Part shown: one piece after another, positions 23,400 to 35,230 of the stretch
Layout: every line of letters starts with the position of its first letter
How positions within the stretch are numbered: the stretch's first letter is position 1
From: Mayamaea pseudoterrestris
Lineage: Eukaryota
Assembly: GCA_027923505.1 (NCBI GenBank)
Contig: BROI01000001.1
Span: 372,001 to 436,000, forward strand
Length of the DNA stretch: 64,000 nucleotides
Direction of reading: 5' to 3'
Program-made: the position numbers and the translations under genes
The notes under the pieces: model-generated
The model's input: only the letters and a program-made list of their open reading frames with translations
What the model was told of the DNA's origin: nothing
The model's database searches: none

Positions 23400-24354
23400 A
23401 AGCGCCACTTCTCATTTCGACCAGAATCAAGGGCATGTTAAATGGGGGTTAACTGTAAATCGAAGGCGCCGAACAAGAATCTGACGAGCAAAAACGCATC
23501 AAAATTGACAATTGGATCTACAAACAGCGCCGTTGATTCCATCAAGGCCAACCTTCCAGGCAAGCGACTCGAGTTGCTAGAGCGTGAAGGATTCGATTGG
23601 TTTACTAACGACGACAAAGAAGCAAATTGCTGGAACGAAATGCTTTCTGAGTTGACTCGTTTTCAACATGATTAAAATACCTGCAATTTTCCTTCAATGA
23701 CGGACGCGCAATAAGCTGGCGCTTTGGTTGATGTTGATGCGAGTCAAGAAGAGGCGAACAAGCTGCACAGCGAGCGCATAAATCAGTAACAAGCTTGGAA
23801 TCGACTGGGATTGGTTCCCATTGCCGCGAGACTACTCGCAAGACATCGGTAATGACAAGACGGTAAAGAGAAAGAAGCAATTAAGCGGCTTGGACAATGA
23901 GTACGAAGATGACGACGATGCACATAATGCGGTTCCAGCTGCTGGTCCGTTCATTCTTCCGGTTGGTGCTCCTGATGTGGCTCATACTGCGGGCGCCAGT
24001 GATGCGATAATTGGCATTGGGCAAGCTCCCGCTCCTGCTGCTCAACCTTTTCTTTTGGTACAGCTCCAGCTGCTTCCGATTGCTGCTCCTGTCAATGGTA
24101 CGATGGCTGCGTATGTCGAGCCTTCAGTTGCCAATGATGTGGCTCCAGCTGTTGAGCCGCACATTGCTCCAGTCGATGCTCCTTTCATGGTTCGTACTGC
24201 TACAGTCTCTATTGATGCGATGATTGGCACTGGACACGCTGCTGCAACTCGGTCGACCGGTACAATCTCAATTATTGACACGCACATCAAAGTCATCACA
24301 TACGATACCGGCAATACCTGGCTTGAAAGGCTAAACCGGAGAGCTCGTCCATGA
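23400..24354 (+). pseudogene. Degenerate helicase-associated (HA) domain gene with Ala/Pro/Val-rich tail
   Basis: HA-repeat fragments lie in different frames with stops: FDQNQGHV, NWIYKQRR*, KRLELLEREGFDW, WNEMLSELTRFQHD*NTCNFP, KLALWLMLMR, ERINQ*, NKLGIDW (the last in frame with ORF 23821-24354). Confidence 0.65.
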
Positions 24355-24447
24355 GCAAATGGAAAACCGCATTCTGTTTCATCCTTCCCTGGAATTGTTG
24401 TTAGCTCAGATGTTTCGTCGCCACCAGGTGCTCAACCCGACTGGCAT

Positions 24448-25455
24448 TCATAACTTGCGGAGCAACCAATCGGGCAATTTTTTCGTCGGACGCCAAATGG
24501 TGCTATTCAATCCCATGATCGTTACCTTGCCTTGGGCAATCGGGTTGTAACCTCCTTTCGTTAGCACAGACACGGTCTGCATGCAGTCAACAACCATGCC
24601 TCCCTTTTTCGAGCAGAATTCGGTATGCACAGTCACTGGGCAGTCTCCTGGCGACAGTACCTTATCATTGGCAAGTAGTTTCAAGTCTGTCATGGTCGTG
24701 ACCACGTAAACGACGCCGTCCTCCGTCTTCATGCGGTTCAAGGCGTTCGGACCGCCAATCCAGTTGGTGCGCGCTCGTTCAAAGAGCTTCAAGACTGTAA
24801 ACAGCGGCAAGTGACGAGGTAACTGCGGATCAAATTCGTCGCGAAACGTAGTAAAGGTGTCGATCGTAAAAGTAGAGTTTGGTAAAGACGAGTCGATTGA
24901 CGGCAGGCGATCATATTGCTCGACATGGTTAGTCATGGACTGTAATTTGACATTCGTTGCCGTCGAGTATACAGTCGCTCCATCTGGACTCAGCATCGTC
25001 ATATTCCATGCTTGAGAGTCCTTGCAAAACTCTCCTTTCACAAGAAACTCTTGTCCCAAAGTTGGCGCTTGCTTGAACTTTAGCTCGCCAACTTGCACAA
25101 TGCTCCAGTGTGGCGACGGAGGAAAACCAGCTAATGATGGTTCCTGCAACTGCGCCTGATGCATGGCTCGCTCATAGGTTCGCATATAGTTGGCATTATA
25201 CTTGACGCCGTATGCATCTGTATCTTCAATGTAAATTGGCATGGGCGGAGACGTAAAGACGGATGGTTTTGTAAGGCCAACTACCGATTGGTCGGCGACG
25301 CAATCTAATGGATCGCAAGCTTGCAGCTGCATAAACGAAGGCCTCCGCCTCGTTAACATGTAATTCCTTTTATTATCACTGAATCCATTTATATAATAGC
25401 TTCGCAAGTCGCAAAGGATCCAGAAGATAGCCACAAGTGAAAGGCGGTTCGTCAT
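24448..25455 (-). CDS. Double hot-dog thioesterase (4HBT/YbgC-like), probably plastid-targeted
   Basis: IYIEDTDAYGVKYNANYMRTYERA; second domain LKLFERARTNWIGG. Signal MTNRLSLVAIFWIL..ING-FS. Confidence 0.8.
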   Translation of the reverse strand: MTNRLSLVAIFWILCDLRSYYINGFSDNKRNYMLTRRRPSFMQLQACDPLDCVADQSVVGLTKPSVFTSPPMPIYIEDTDAYGVKYNANYMRTYERAMHQAQLQEPSLAGFPPSPHWSIVQVGELKFKQAPTLGQEFLVKGEFCKDSQAWNMTMLSPDGATVYSTATNVKLQSMTNHVEQYDRLPSIDSSLPNSTFTIDTFTTFRDEFDPQLPRHLPLFTVLKLFERARTNWIGGPNALNRMKTEDGVVYVVTTMTDLKLLANDKVLSPGDCPVTVHTEFCSKKGGMVVDCMQTVSVLTKGGYNPIAQGKVTIMGLNSTIWRPTKKLPDWLLRKL

Positions 25456-25780
25456 GGTGGCGTCGGCACTTTTTTGGATAATCATGGACGAAGGACGACG
25501 ACGGAAACAGGAGTACCAGTACGACTTAACCACCATTGAGAAATGGTGCGACATTTGCGAGCGAGTACGGGGCACGCGACGATGCGTTCGACCATGGCCG
25601 CAAAATCTTTGCCAACGGATCCATACCTTGTCGTTGCCATTGACTGACACCAAGGAAGATTGCAAGAGTCGCTTTCCTCGCGCTCACCATCTGATTTTCT
25701 GGTAGACGAGCCGACAATTTATCTCAATCCGACTGACTTGCTTCGCTCATAGCCAGCATCGAGCACCCTCAGATCCTCAG

Positions 25781-28723
25781 ATGCCATCCTCATCCGCCAT
25801 GAAAGACTCTCTCCAAAATGCTCCCATTCGCCCCGTCTGTAGACGACTTCCATTTTCACAAAAATTATGGGAAGATTCAAACCTTCCATTTGGTCTCGTG
25901 GTGACCCCGCTAGCAGCTAATGCTTCATCCGCTGATGCATCATCATCGCAGTCGTTGTCGCTCATCCCAAAGTGCTTGCAGTGCGGCGCCCCTCATGCTA
26001 TCAAGGAGACGCATTTTCGACTGCCAGCACCAAGTGAGAGAGAGGAGGATGCTCGGATTCTTTGCTACCTTTGTGGAGCAACGTCTTTTACCAGTAAAAA
26101 GCTGCAGCAAGCCAAGCGAGAGGCAGTGGAAGGACCGATTGATTTGCAGCAAATACAGCAATCTTCCAAGAAAACTGATCCTTTTCTATTTGATCTTCCA
26201 CTGCGATTGCCTTCAACGGAGCAGCAATCCAGCATTCCAGCCATTGCCTGTCCGCCTCTATGGTTCATTCTACTCGACGGTACCTGCACCAGTCCATCAT
26301 ACTGGAAAGCGACTAGTCACGTCTTGCTGCAAGCACTTTCAAACATTCCTTCGCACGTCCATGTATCTCTCTTGATTGCAAGTCATAATATTGATGACGG
26401 CAATATTGACGACAATACTGACAATGCAAACGTCATGTCCATCTTTCAACTGACCAGTCCGATTCCTCATTTGCTGCACTACTCGGAAAAAAATCGAAAC
26501 GACTTGGTGCAAGCGATCGCCAACAGCTTGACGGACGGCATGCATCGGTCGCATCTGCAGACGGCCGTAAGATCTCTGTTGGACTATAAAAGCAATCAAT
26601 TTTCAATCTTTGATGACGAGTTTCTTGCTGAAAAACAGCATACGTCGTCATCGAAAGGCATTCACCTTGCTTGGTGCGTGGAAACGATACTGGATGTTTT
26701 ACAGTCGCATGGACAAGTCGCAGGCCAGCGCCAAGACATGAATGTTGACGATGGTGGCAGCAAGTTCATTCTCAAGCGACCCTACGCTGGCGCCAAGTTG
26801 ACCTGTCTATTGTCGCAACAACCCAGTGGCGTTTGTCGCAGCAATCAACGTTCTAAAAAGTCGTCGGGGTTCATGTCGAGATTGATGCGAGAGAAGCAAC
26901 AACAATCTACAACGGCGACGCCAACCATTGGAATGGGTGGATTTGGCGGACGCATCGCCAGTCAAGCTGATCGAAAAATAAACTCACAGCAATCTACCAG
27001 TACAACAGACGTACAGAATGGCCACAGCGGTGATGCAACGGCGGATGCTTTTCGTAGAGCAAGCGTGGACCTGACGCCAGGTCAGCTGGAAGAAACCTAT
27101 CAGCCTTTGCCTGACATTGCCTTGTACATGGACGAGCTTGGTCGGCAGTGCGCGCAAGCAGCAACTGGTGTCGACTTGCTATTTTTGCTCGAACAACCAG
27201 ACGACGAGCACAGCTCCTTTAAACCATTGGCGCTACCATTGTACGGACACTTGGCGAGCAAGAGTGGCGCTCCGGGCCCATTACTATTTGATTGCAACGA
27301 CGAAACTTCCATGGACCGACTGGAACGAGAATTGGCTGCTCGAGTACCCTGGCGCGAAGGCATGGTGTTTGCCGCTGAGCTGCGCCTTCGACTACCATTG
27401 GGCTTTGTCGTCGATGACGCGGCATTGGAGACGAGCCGTGAAGAAAGGGGCCCGCAGCTGGCTCCGCTGTGGGTAGATGCCGGGCTGATGGGACCGGCAT
27501 CATCCGTTGATGATTCGAAGCAATTGTGGAGGATGGGCATCTGCGACGCGTTCACGTCGTTTGCGATTGATTTGCGCCTGAAGGATGCGACAGCCCCTCG
27601 TGAGATATCCGTGCCAGGACTGGGCACTGTCGCAACCAAGCCTGTGGTGCAAACATGCTTTGCTTATACAACGATTGAAAAGGATGACTGTGGCACGTAT
27701 ATTGTTAAACGACGAATGAGGATACATAGTTGTCCGGTACCACTTGCGAACGAATCGGAAATGCTTTATACTGCATTGGATACCGAAGCATTGACTGTGG
27801 TTCTGTTTCACAAGTTGGCGATTGCTTTGTTCCAAGACGGAATAGCGGAAGGCGTAAATGTTGCAGAAGACTGGCTCATCTCCACACTTGTTGCTATTTA
27901 CAATTCCGCAGAAGAATATCACGAGCAGACGAACAATAAGGCAACTGTTAATGGCAATGGAAGCAACAATTTGAATTTTCTAAGCCATGAGCGATTACTG
28001 GACCAGGAAGGCGAATTTTCGACCGATGATGTATTGTTGGCTCAGGGCCACATATTGCTGCGACGCATAGTACTCATCATCTATCAGCTCATGCAGTGCC
28101 ATGCATTTCGCGTGCCGCATGACAACTTTATTCCCTCATCCGACCTTCGACATGCTGCGTTGTGCCAAATGCAATCTATGCCGCCTCAGATATTGAATCG
28201 ATGCATCAGACCGCTACTACAAGCATGGTTGAGTGGAATGGAAGCTACAGAGCCTGTTATCGATGCAGTGGAGCTTCGCCGCAAGTCAGTTCGCCTGGCT
28301 GTGGAAGAATTTTCCAAGTACGACGACGTCTTGTTCTTCTTGAACAGTCCAAGTATTGTTGCACTGCTTGATGGGCGGACGTTAGAAGAGCAAAATAAAG
28401 GATCGCAGGAGAGTTCAGCGCTGCTCGTCAACGCCAAGCTTCAGAGCACTGTGAGTGAGGCATGTCTGTCATATCGTGCGAAGTTAGACGTGATTTATAG
28501 CCTAGGAGGTGAGATCGGCACTTATGACTCGATGGATATCCTCTCCGACGTTTTAATCCGAGACATGGCGAGTGCATCCGGCCACGCCAACTTTACAAAA
28601 TGGAAGAAGGATATAGCTGCACGCGTGCTTGAGTAAGTACTGCTGTATGTTATATCTGACATTTGACGCTCACGAAACATTTCACTTTCTAATTGTTGCA
28701 TTTACAGGGAGCTTGACAAATAG
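25781..28723 (+). CDS. Divergent Sec23/Sec24-like protein; exons 25781-28632 and 28708-28723
   Basis: LPFGLVVTPLA, zinc finger CLQC..CYLC, vWA-like FILLDGT, beta-sandwich VVQTCFAYT..RRMRI. A GTAAGT donor at 28633 and TTTACAG acceptor add EELDK*. Confidence 0.75.
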
Positions 28724-28778
28724 AAATATACACTACTACTATAAACATGACAACATAGACTACCGGTAGTATTGCTCC

Positions 28779-29881
28779 TTATATCTCCCTTTGTATCTTC
28801 TTCTGGCCTACTACACGTATTCTACGATAATCGGCCTTCCATACACCGTCGTGGTAGAGTGACGGCCGACATTGGTCCACAACGCGATCAATAATGTTTT
28901 CGACGTCGCCACTTTCAAGCCCATCAAAGAACTTGTTGGCAAACATTTTCAGCCACGTATGCAGACCTTGCTCGCCTACAAGATCGGTCGGCCGATCAAA
29001 TAGCTGCGCCTGTGTCACTTCCAACCCATGTTGCTCCATCAGTGTTGCCAATTCTCCAATGGACGGATACCACCAAAAGTCGGCAGCTTGTCTCGGCAAA
29101 TCCATAACTTCTAGAATGGATGTAACAATTGTTTCAACGTTTCCCTTGCCTCCAAACTCCAATACAAAGCGTCCATTTGGAACAAGTGCGTCGGACATGC
29201 ATTCAATGGCCCTTGCCGCTCCATTTCTACCTACCCAATGGAGAGCGGCGTTGGAAAAGACTACGTCGACTGGCTCCTCACGCTGGAAGTTGCAAGCGTC
29301 TCCAACAAAAAAGTCAAGTTTCTTCTTGCTGTCACCTTTGCCATCTCGAACAAACTGCTCCGTTGCTCGCCGAATCATGTTTGGATCCGCATCCATGCCA
29401 ATCACTGTAGCTTGTGCGTCGGCTCGCTGATACAGTTGCTCCGTCAGCTCACCAGTTCCGCATCCAATATCAAGAATACGACATCTATTTGACACTGGCA
29501 AATCAGTAAATACCAAATCAACCAAGGATGATCCATGCTTCCAAACGAAACTGTGATTCTGCTGATAGAGGTCAGCGTCCCACTGGCGAGCAAATTCGAA
29601 CGACGATTGCAAAAGTTGAGTCATCTTTAATTGGAAGCGTTCATACTGATAAACTCATTCAAATTTACCTCTTGAGCAACATTGTCTGTTGCTAAAGTAG
29701 CCATTTCCAAGGGCCCTCGCTCTGCCAGACGTGGAGGAACGAAGTGACAAGGACGACGACCTGCCGTCGAATGATGATGCGAATGTTCAATGGATCGAGA
29801 AGGTGCGAAACTATGAACCGAGCTGGCCCAACCGAATGCCAAGGCTGTCAACGAGAGTCCACTGTAGTTGATAGTCGGCAT
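28779..29881 (-). CDS. Class I SAM methyltransferase (trans-aconitate methyltransferase-like), plastid-targeted; exons 29881-29669 and 29582-28779
   Basis: WDADLYQQNHSFVW, ILDIGCGTG, DVVFSNAALHWV, WKADYRRIR. Exon 1 is a presequence (..SSVHS-FAP) ending at a GTAAAT donor. Confidence 0.85.
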
Positions 29882-30165
29882 GCCGGTAGTATTGCTTCAA
29901 TGAGCAAGGTTTTGTTCGAGGTGCAATGGCACGAGTTTGTTCGAGGAAGTTCGTGTCGATGCACGTTTCGTGCTTTCAAAACGTCATCGTGTCTCATCGG
30001 TGACGAAATACTAGGTCCCCCAAAGTCGGGCTCGATTCGAATCGATTTCGTGCAAAACCCAAGGTCTTCTGTTCGCACAAAAGTGATGGATCTCTCTCGC
30101 ACCAAGGCAGCAAGGAACAAGGAGCCAAGCGTATCATTGAAACAACCAGCGTATCGCGTCTAAAC

Positions 30166-30921
30166 ATGAGTGAACCCAGCAGCAAACAGCCAACGACATC
30201 AACGAGCATGAAGCTTCCCAGCAATCGCATCCTGTACAAAGTCCAGGCAGCGTCGGGTCTCTTCTTCGCCTCGTACCTAATCATGCATTTTGCTTCGCAC
30301 TATTCGCTGTTGAAGGGATGGGACTTTGGAAACAAGCAGTTGAACCGCTTTCGCGTCATTTATCACAATCCCGTGTACGAAACCATGCTGTTTCTGTCAT
30401 TGCTCGTCCACACGACTGTGAGCGCCTACATGGTAATCAAGCGTCGGACAGAACACACGGAAGACAAGAAGGAGGGTGGTCTTCGTCCGGCTGGATCTAC
30501 GGAGCGCCAGTTTCATCGCTACGCTGGCTATGTCATGGCGGCAAGCATTGTTGGTCATGTGCTCAGCACCCGAGTTGTTGGTCTCTTGTTCTTAAAGAAT
30601 CCAGAATTGTATGACTACACCATGATCTTTGTTGAGAACCAGCACTTTATGAATACATTGGCGGCCTTTTTGGTTGTCTTTGGCTTGGCTGGTGCCTGGC
30701 ACTTGATTTACGGAACGCGCCTGTCGATTGCCATTCTGCGCGACAAGAGCATTTCGGGTGAACCCTTTCCAGTCTTGTTGAAGGTGTTGTATGCAGTCAT
30801 GGCCATGCTTTTGATCAATGCCATCTTGGCAGCAACGGGTCATGTTTATCCCATCAAGCTGCAGCCGCACATGGAAGTGGCGGCGGAACATATTCATAAG
30901 AAGATGACCATGCAGGGTTAG
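30166..30921 (+). CDS. Multi-pass membrane protein, Mcp1/DUF1691-like with conserved TM histidines
   Basis: QAASGLFFASYLIMH, SLLVH, HRYAGY..GHV..TR, WHLIYG; about 5-6 hydrophobic helices. Confidence 0.65.
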   Translation: MSEPSSKQPTTSTSMKLPSNRILYKVQAASGLFFASYLIMHFASHYSLLKGWDFGNKQLNRFRVIYHNPVYETMLFLSLLVHTTVSAYMVIKRRTEHTEDKKEGGLRPAGSTERQFHRYAGYVMAASIVGHVLSTRVVGLLFLKNPELYDYTMIFVENQHFMNTLAAFLVVFGLAGAWHLIYGTRLSIAILRDKSISGEPFPVLLKVLYAVMAMLLINAILAATGHVYPIKLQPHMEVAAEHIHKKMTMQG

Positions 30922-31290
30922 CTTTTGCTTGCATTAACGTTTGCAGAAGGCTGGCGAGGCGTAAGCTTTGTAACGGTTCCAAAATACTCTATTGTAATCG
31001 ATTCTATGTACACCAAGCCATATATGATAATCGACGTTTCGTTTATTTCGTTGTCATCAACCTGCACTGCTACGTTAACAGGATAGCTAAACGAGAGACA
31101 TCCAGAATGACTGTGATATTTTCTCCAATTATTGCCTCCATTCATTGGCGTGCCCGACCAAAGCTTTGCCTAACTTTGCAAGAGTCATCGAACGCTGCAG
31201 AGCATGCTTCTCCCAGAGATTTTGGCTTGTTGCTCATGCATCACCATGGCGAAAATCGCCGTTGCAGTGCTTCAAAGAAGAGCCTCTAGA

Positions 31291-32857
31291 ATGAAAATTT
31301 TGATCGTAACATGTCAATTGATTATAATTGCTGCCACAATAATAATAGCGCAGGCTGATTCAAGCGTTGAAGTGAGCAGTGGCGGCGAGTTGAACCTGCT
31401 GAATGACGAAAATGATGCGAACCTCCATGATGCATCAGCAGCCTCGACAATGAATGATACTGATGCTGCTAATGCTGTCCAGAAGCCATCCGAAGAGACG
31501 ACAATGACGAGCCCTTTTTCGTATTTGGAAGATGACGACGACGACGAAGAAGAAGATGGTTTCGATGACGAGGATGATTTTTATGATGACAATGAGGACT
31601 ATGTTCAACCCATGATTTCACCATACGACGACAACGAGTTGCATGATGGCGACATCGACGACGCCTCAGACTTTGGTGTCCCCCAAATATACGCTTACAA
31701 TTATGAAGACGAAATTTACGTGGAAATTGAATCTGCTCGTTACTACATGGAGCAAAAGGTTTGGGCCGACGATTCAATGGAACTAGTTTGGGACTTGTGC
31801 GTCAACAAGGACGAAAACTGCGCGCATTGGAGCGTTTTGGGCGAGTGCGACGCCAATCCGAGCTATATGAAGACCAACTGCGCTCCCTTTTGCCAAAGTT
31901 GCGAAATGATGCATGTTTCCACCCGATGTCCAAAGCCGTCTGAAAATGCAACGCTGGCAATGTATCCAGGTGACTTGGATCGCATCATGCTGCGGCTACT
32001 AAATGATCCAGAATTTACAAAATATGAGCCAAAAGCATTGTCTCGACCTGAGTTTGCGGACGGTGACACACTAGAGTCGGCCGACTACGCGCTCGGAATG
32101 TGGGTGGTTGTACTGGAAAACATTGTCAACGAAGAGGAAGCGAATCACTTGATTGGACTAGCTCGGAAACGAGGATTTGAACGAAGCGCCGACGTTGGAG
32201 AGGAACTGGATGATGGAACCTTTGGAGTCGATGTGAATGATGACCGAACGTCGACAAATGCCTGGTGCGAAGACGATTGCCTCAAAGATCAAGTGGCGCA
32301 AAAAGTTATGGATACTATTGAGCATGTCACTGGGATCCCGGAACGAAACCAAGAGCCACTGCAGCAGCTATTTTACGAGGAAGGACAATTTTACCGCACA
32401 CACAATGATTTCATCGAGTACCAGGTCGATCGAGAAGGCGGCCCAAGGATTCTGTGAGTATGATTTGATTGATTGGATGTGTCCAGCTGTTGTTAAGGGT
32501 GTTGGCTCATCCACTTTGACTTGCACAAAAACTTAGGACCTTCTTTCTATATCTAAACGATGTCGAAGAAGGCGGTGAAACGCAGTTTCCGCGAATAAAC
32601 ATTAGCGTCAAACCAAAACTGGGTCGAGCAGTGCTTTGGCCAAGTGTTTACAATCACGACCCGTTCCAAAACGATTTACGTAGTGATCATCAAGCTTTGC
32701 CTGTAATAAAGGGAGTCAAGTATGGGGCCAACGCTTGGGTAAGTGTCTGTTGTTGATTGCGGACTTGTAACTTGTTCTCACTCATTAACGACTTGCTTTC
32801 GCATCTATACAGATACATCAAGGCAACGTTAAGGACGATCCTTTGGACTGCATGTAG
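31291..32857 (+). CDS. ShK-domain prolyl 4-hydroxylase; exons 31291-32453, 32537-32738, 32813-32857
   Basis: Signal peptide, ShK (C..C..W...GECDANPSYMKTNCAPFCQSC), RTSTNAW, YRTHNDF, PRIL|TFFLYLNDVEEGGET, H..LPVIKGVKYGANAW|IH. Confidence 0.92.
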
Positions 32858-32933
32858 TGGTTTCACTTACAATTATTCGGCCTACTAATATCTTAGATAG
32901 CAAATGAATACGACCGCTTGACTTTTTTGTAAA

Positions 32934-34160
32934 CTACCGAAAAAGCGGTTGAGCTTCAACGTCGCTCAAATGCTGCTTGTACATCTTGGGGTTGGCCGCC
33001 ATCATTTCTAACTGGCCATTCTCCGCCGAAACTGTCGGCGTCGACTGCGTACCGTTGATCGTCTTTCGTTGTTTACCATTCATTCGCATTAAACTCGATG
33101 CAAGCAGTCCACCGAGCACCAGCGTTGCTCCTACTGGATAAAACCACGAGAAGCCTTTTGGAAAAAGCACAAAACTCAAGACGAGCGTCATGCCCTTGCG
33201 CACCGTTGCCAATAGAACGGCCGCCACTCCGCCAAACCGCTTGACCACCATCATGTGCGTGGAAATGGCCAAGTAGGCGACAAAAGTGTAAATCATGAAA
33301 TACATTTGCAACTCCTTCGACTGGATCGTTATTCGCCATGCGCCAATCAGATCGCCCGACAATAGCGTCGAAACTGTCATGGCCAGTAGCGTGTAGCAGT
33401 TTGTATAAAGCGTCACTTCGAGACGACTGGCTCCCATGCGAAAAAGGCGCTCCTGCGCGTTTGGTAGTATGGCATCGGCGCAGACACTCAGCGTCACCAT
33501 GACTAGTCCGATCGGATGAAAGGAAGGACTAAGGTCCCAGTCGGCGGCTGCAAACAAGACGAGGCCCAGGCAAATGGCAAAGGCGCAGGCATATTCCGAA
33601 AGTAGAAAAATCTTTTTGTTGACTATACTGGCTACGAGCATGGTCGGTATCAACTTGCAGCTTCGAAAGACAACTTTTGTGGGAAAGTTAATAAAGTTGA
33701 GACTCATGTTTGAAAGGGCGGATGATGCCATTAAGCAACCCATGAGCAAGGGATATGCCGACATTGGAGCGACGCGCCGAGCTGCGGAAGGATAATGGCT
33801 TCTGCCATGATTATGATCATGATCATGTTCAGACTCCGTATTGCTGTTAGATTTGCTGTCTCGAAGCAGTAGCTGATGTTGCTTTAGCTCTCGATGGATC
33901 AAATAGGTTCGTTCCAGTAGACTACACACGGCTACTCCCAAGACTTCCATGTAGCCAAGCATGACGCCATAGCGAAAGCCACTAACACTCATTATTGCTT
34001 CTTGCAAGTAATTATGTAGCCCAAAGAAGAGTATGACGCCACAAGAGAGAATTGCGAATTGTACAGTAGGTGAAAGGCCATCGAAGAAAGCAGGACGATT
34101 CGAGAGAAAGGCAGCATGATGATTGTTGTGGTTTTGTACTATTGCAGATTGGGTTCCCAT
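32934..34160 (-). CDS. UAA-family nucleotide-sugar/PAPS transporter (SLC35B3-like)
   Basis: HNYLQEAI, LSNMSLNFINFPTKVVFRSCKLIPTM, PNAQERLF, TVRKGMTLVLSFVLFPK. Confidence 0.9.
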   Translation of the reverse strand: MGTQSAIVQNHNNHHAAFLSNRPAFFDGLSPTVQFAILSCGVILFFGLHNYLQEAIMSVSGFRYGVMLGYMEVLGVAVCSLLERTYLIHRELKQHQLLLRDSKSNSNTESEHDHDHNHGRSHYPSAARRVAPMSAYPLLMGCLMASSALSNMSLNFINFPTKVVFRSCKLIPTMLVASIVNKKIFLLSEYACAFAICLGLVLFAAADWDLSPSFHPIGLVMVTLSVCADAILPNAQERLFRMGASRLEVTLYTNCYTLLAMTVSTLLSGDLIGAWRITIQSKELQMYFMIYTFVAYLAISTHMMVVKRFGGVAAVLLATVRKGMTLVLSFVLFPKGFSWFYPVGATLVLGGLLASSLMRMNGKQRKTINGTQSTPTVSAENGQLEMMAANPKMYKQHLSDVEAQPLFR

Positions 34161-35230
34161 TATTTTCAATAACTGATGACTCTGATGTATATATCGGACC
34201 AATATTGAACACGCCAAAGTTGTCGCTTAATGAAAGGGAGAGAGAGATAATATTATGCTCACCTCTCCTTCGCCCGCCATGGTGGTGGTCGTCACACATT
34301 CGGCGATGCCGATTGCGTACCGCTACGACTTTCGTCAATTCCTGATATTGTCGTACCGGTAGCGGTCGATCGTCTACTCGTGGAGAGAATAATGCTTTGC
34401 TAAAAAGCTGACTGCTAACGGAGAGAAACACTCATACTGTTATACCGTACAACAAGAAGCATGGGGCTACGTGAGGAACAAAAAAGGTGGGTTGACCTTG
34501 TATGTGTTGCGCATCTTTAATCTGATGGGATAGGTCCAGTAGCCAAGTCGCCAAGTCTTGTGGCCAACTATGGTACTATCGCGGCCGGTACCGGCCGGTA
34601 TGCATTGAAGCTTGAAGTATGAGTACGTTGTCTAAAAGCTGTTTCTGGCGCACACTAATGACGATTTGTCTTGAGCTTGCGATAGGAAATGGCGTTCCGT
34701 CGCCAGCAATGAAGCTACAGGCCCAGACAAATTGAGAAGCGATGGCAAGACAATCAATTGACGACTTACACTCCTTTATGCGGTCAATTATGTCGCTTCG
34801 GATTGGTACAACCATCCTTATATGCTGGGGGCATTCTTTTGGCGCCGCAAGTTCTGCCGCTCGGCGCTGATGCCGACTGCGTAGCTCACAGAAAGCAGAA
34901 CCAAGCTCGTCATTGGGTCATATTGATATTATGCCACATCTTTCGTTGATGTCTTTTTTCTTCATTTAATAATGCCTCATCACTCTCGTCGTTGGACTAA
35001 ATGAGGGCTTAAAACGCTGTGCTAGTTAATTGGCGCCTTAAACGCCAGTTGTGTCCCTTGAAGCTTCGCGTTGCAACGCTAAAAGAACGCTCTTGACATT
35101 ATCCTGGGCCTCTCCAACTTGACGCCGAAATTGAGTCGTCTTCTTTTCCCTCACAATACGCGCAAACCTCCCTTGTTTGATCGACCCATCTACCGATAGT
35201 ATACTTTAAACCTCTTGTATCACCTCTGCA

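Noticed and set aside
21400..24400. Intact transposon or retroelement
   Set aside because: No transposase/RT/integrase motifs, LTRs or TIRs visible by eye.
28894..29430. 178-aa plus-strand ORF
   Set aside because: Antisense shadow of the methyltransferase, with no motifs.
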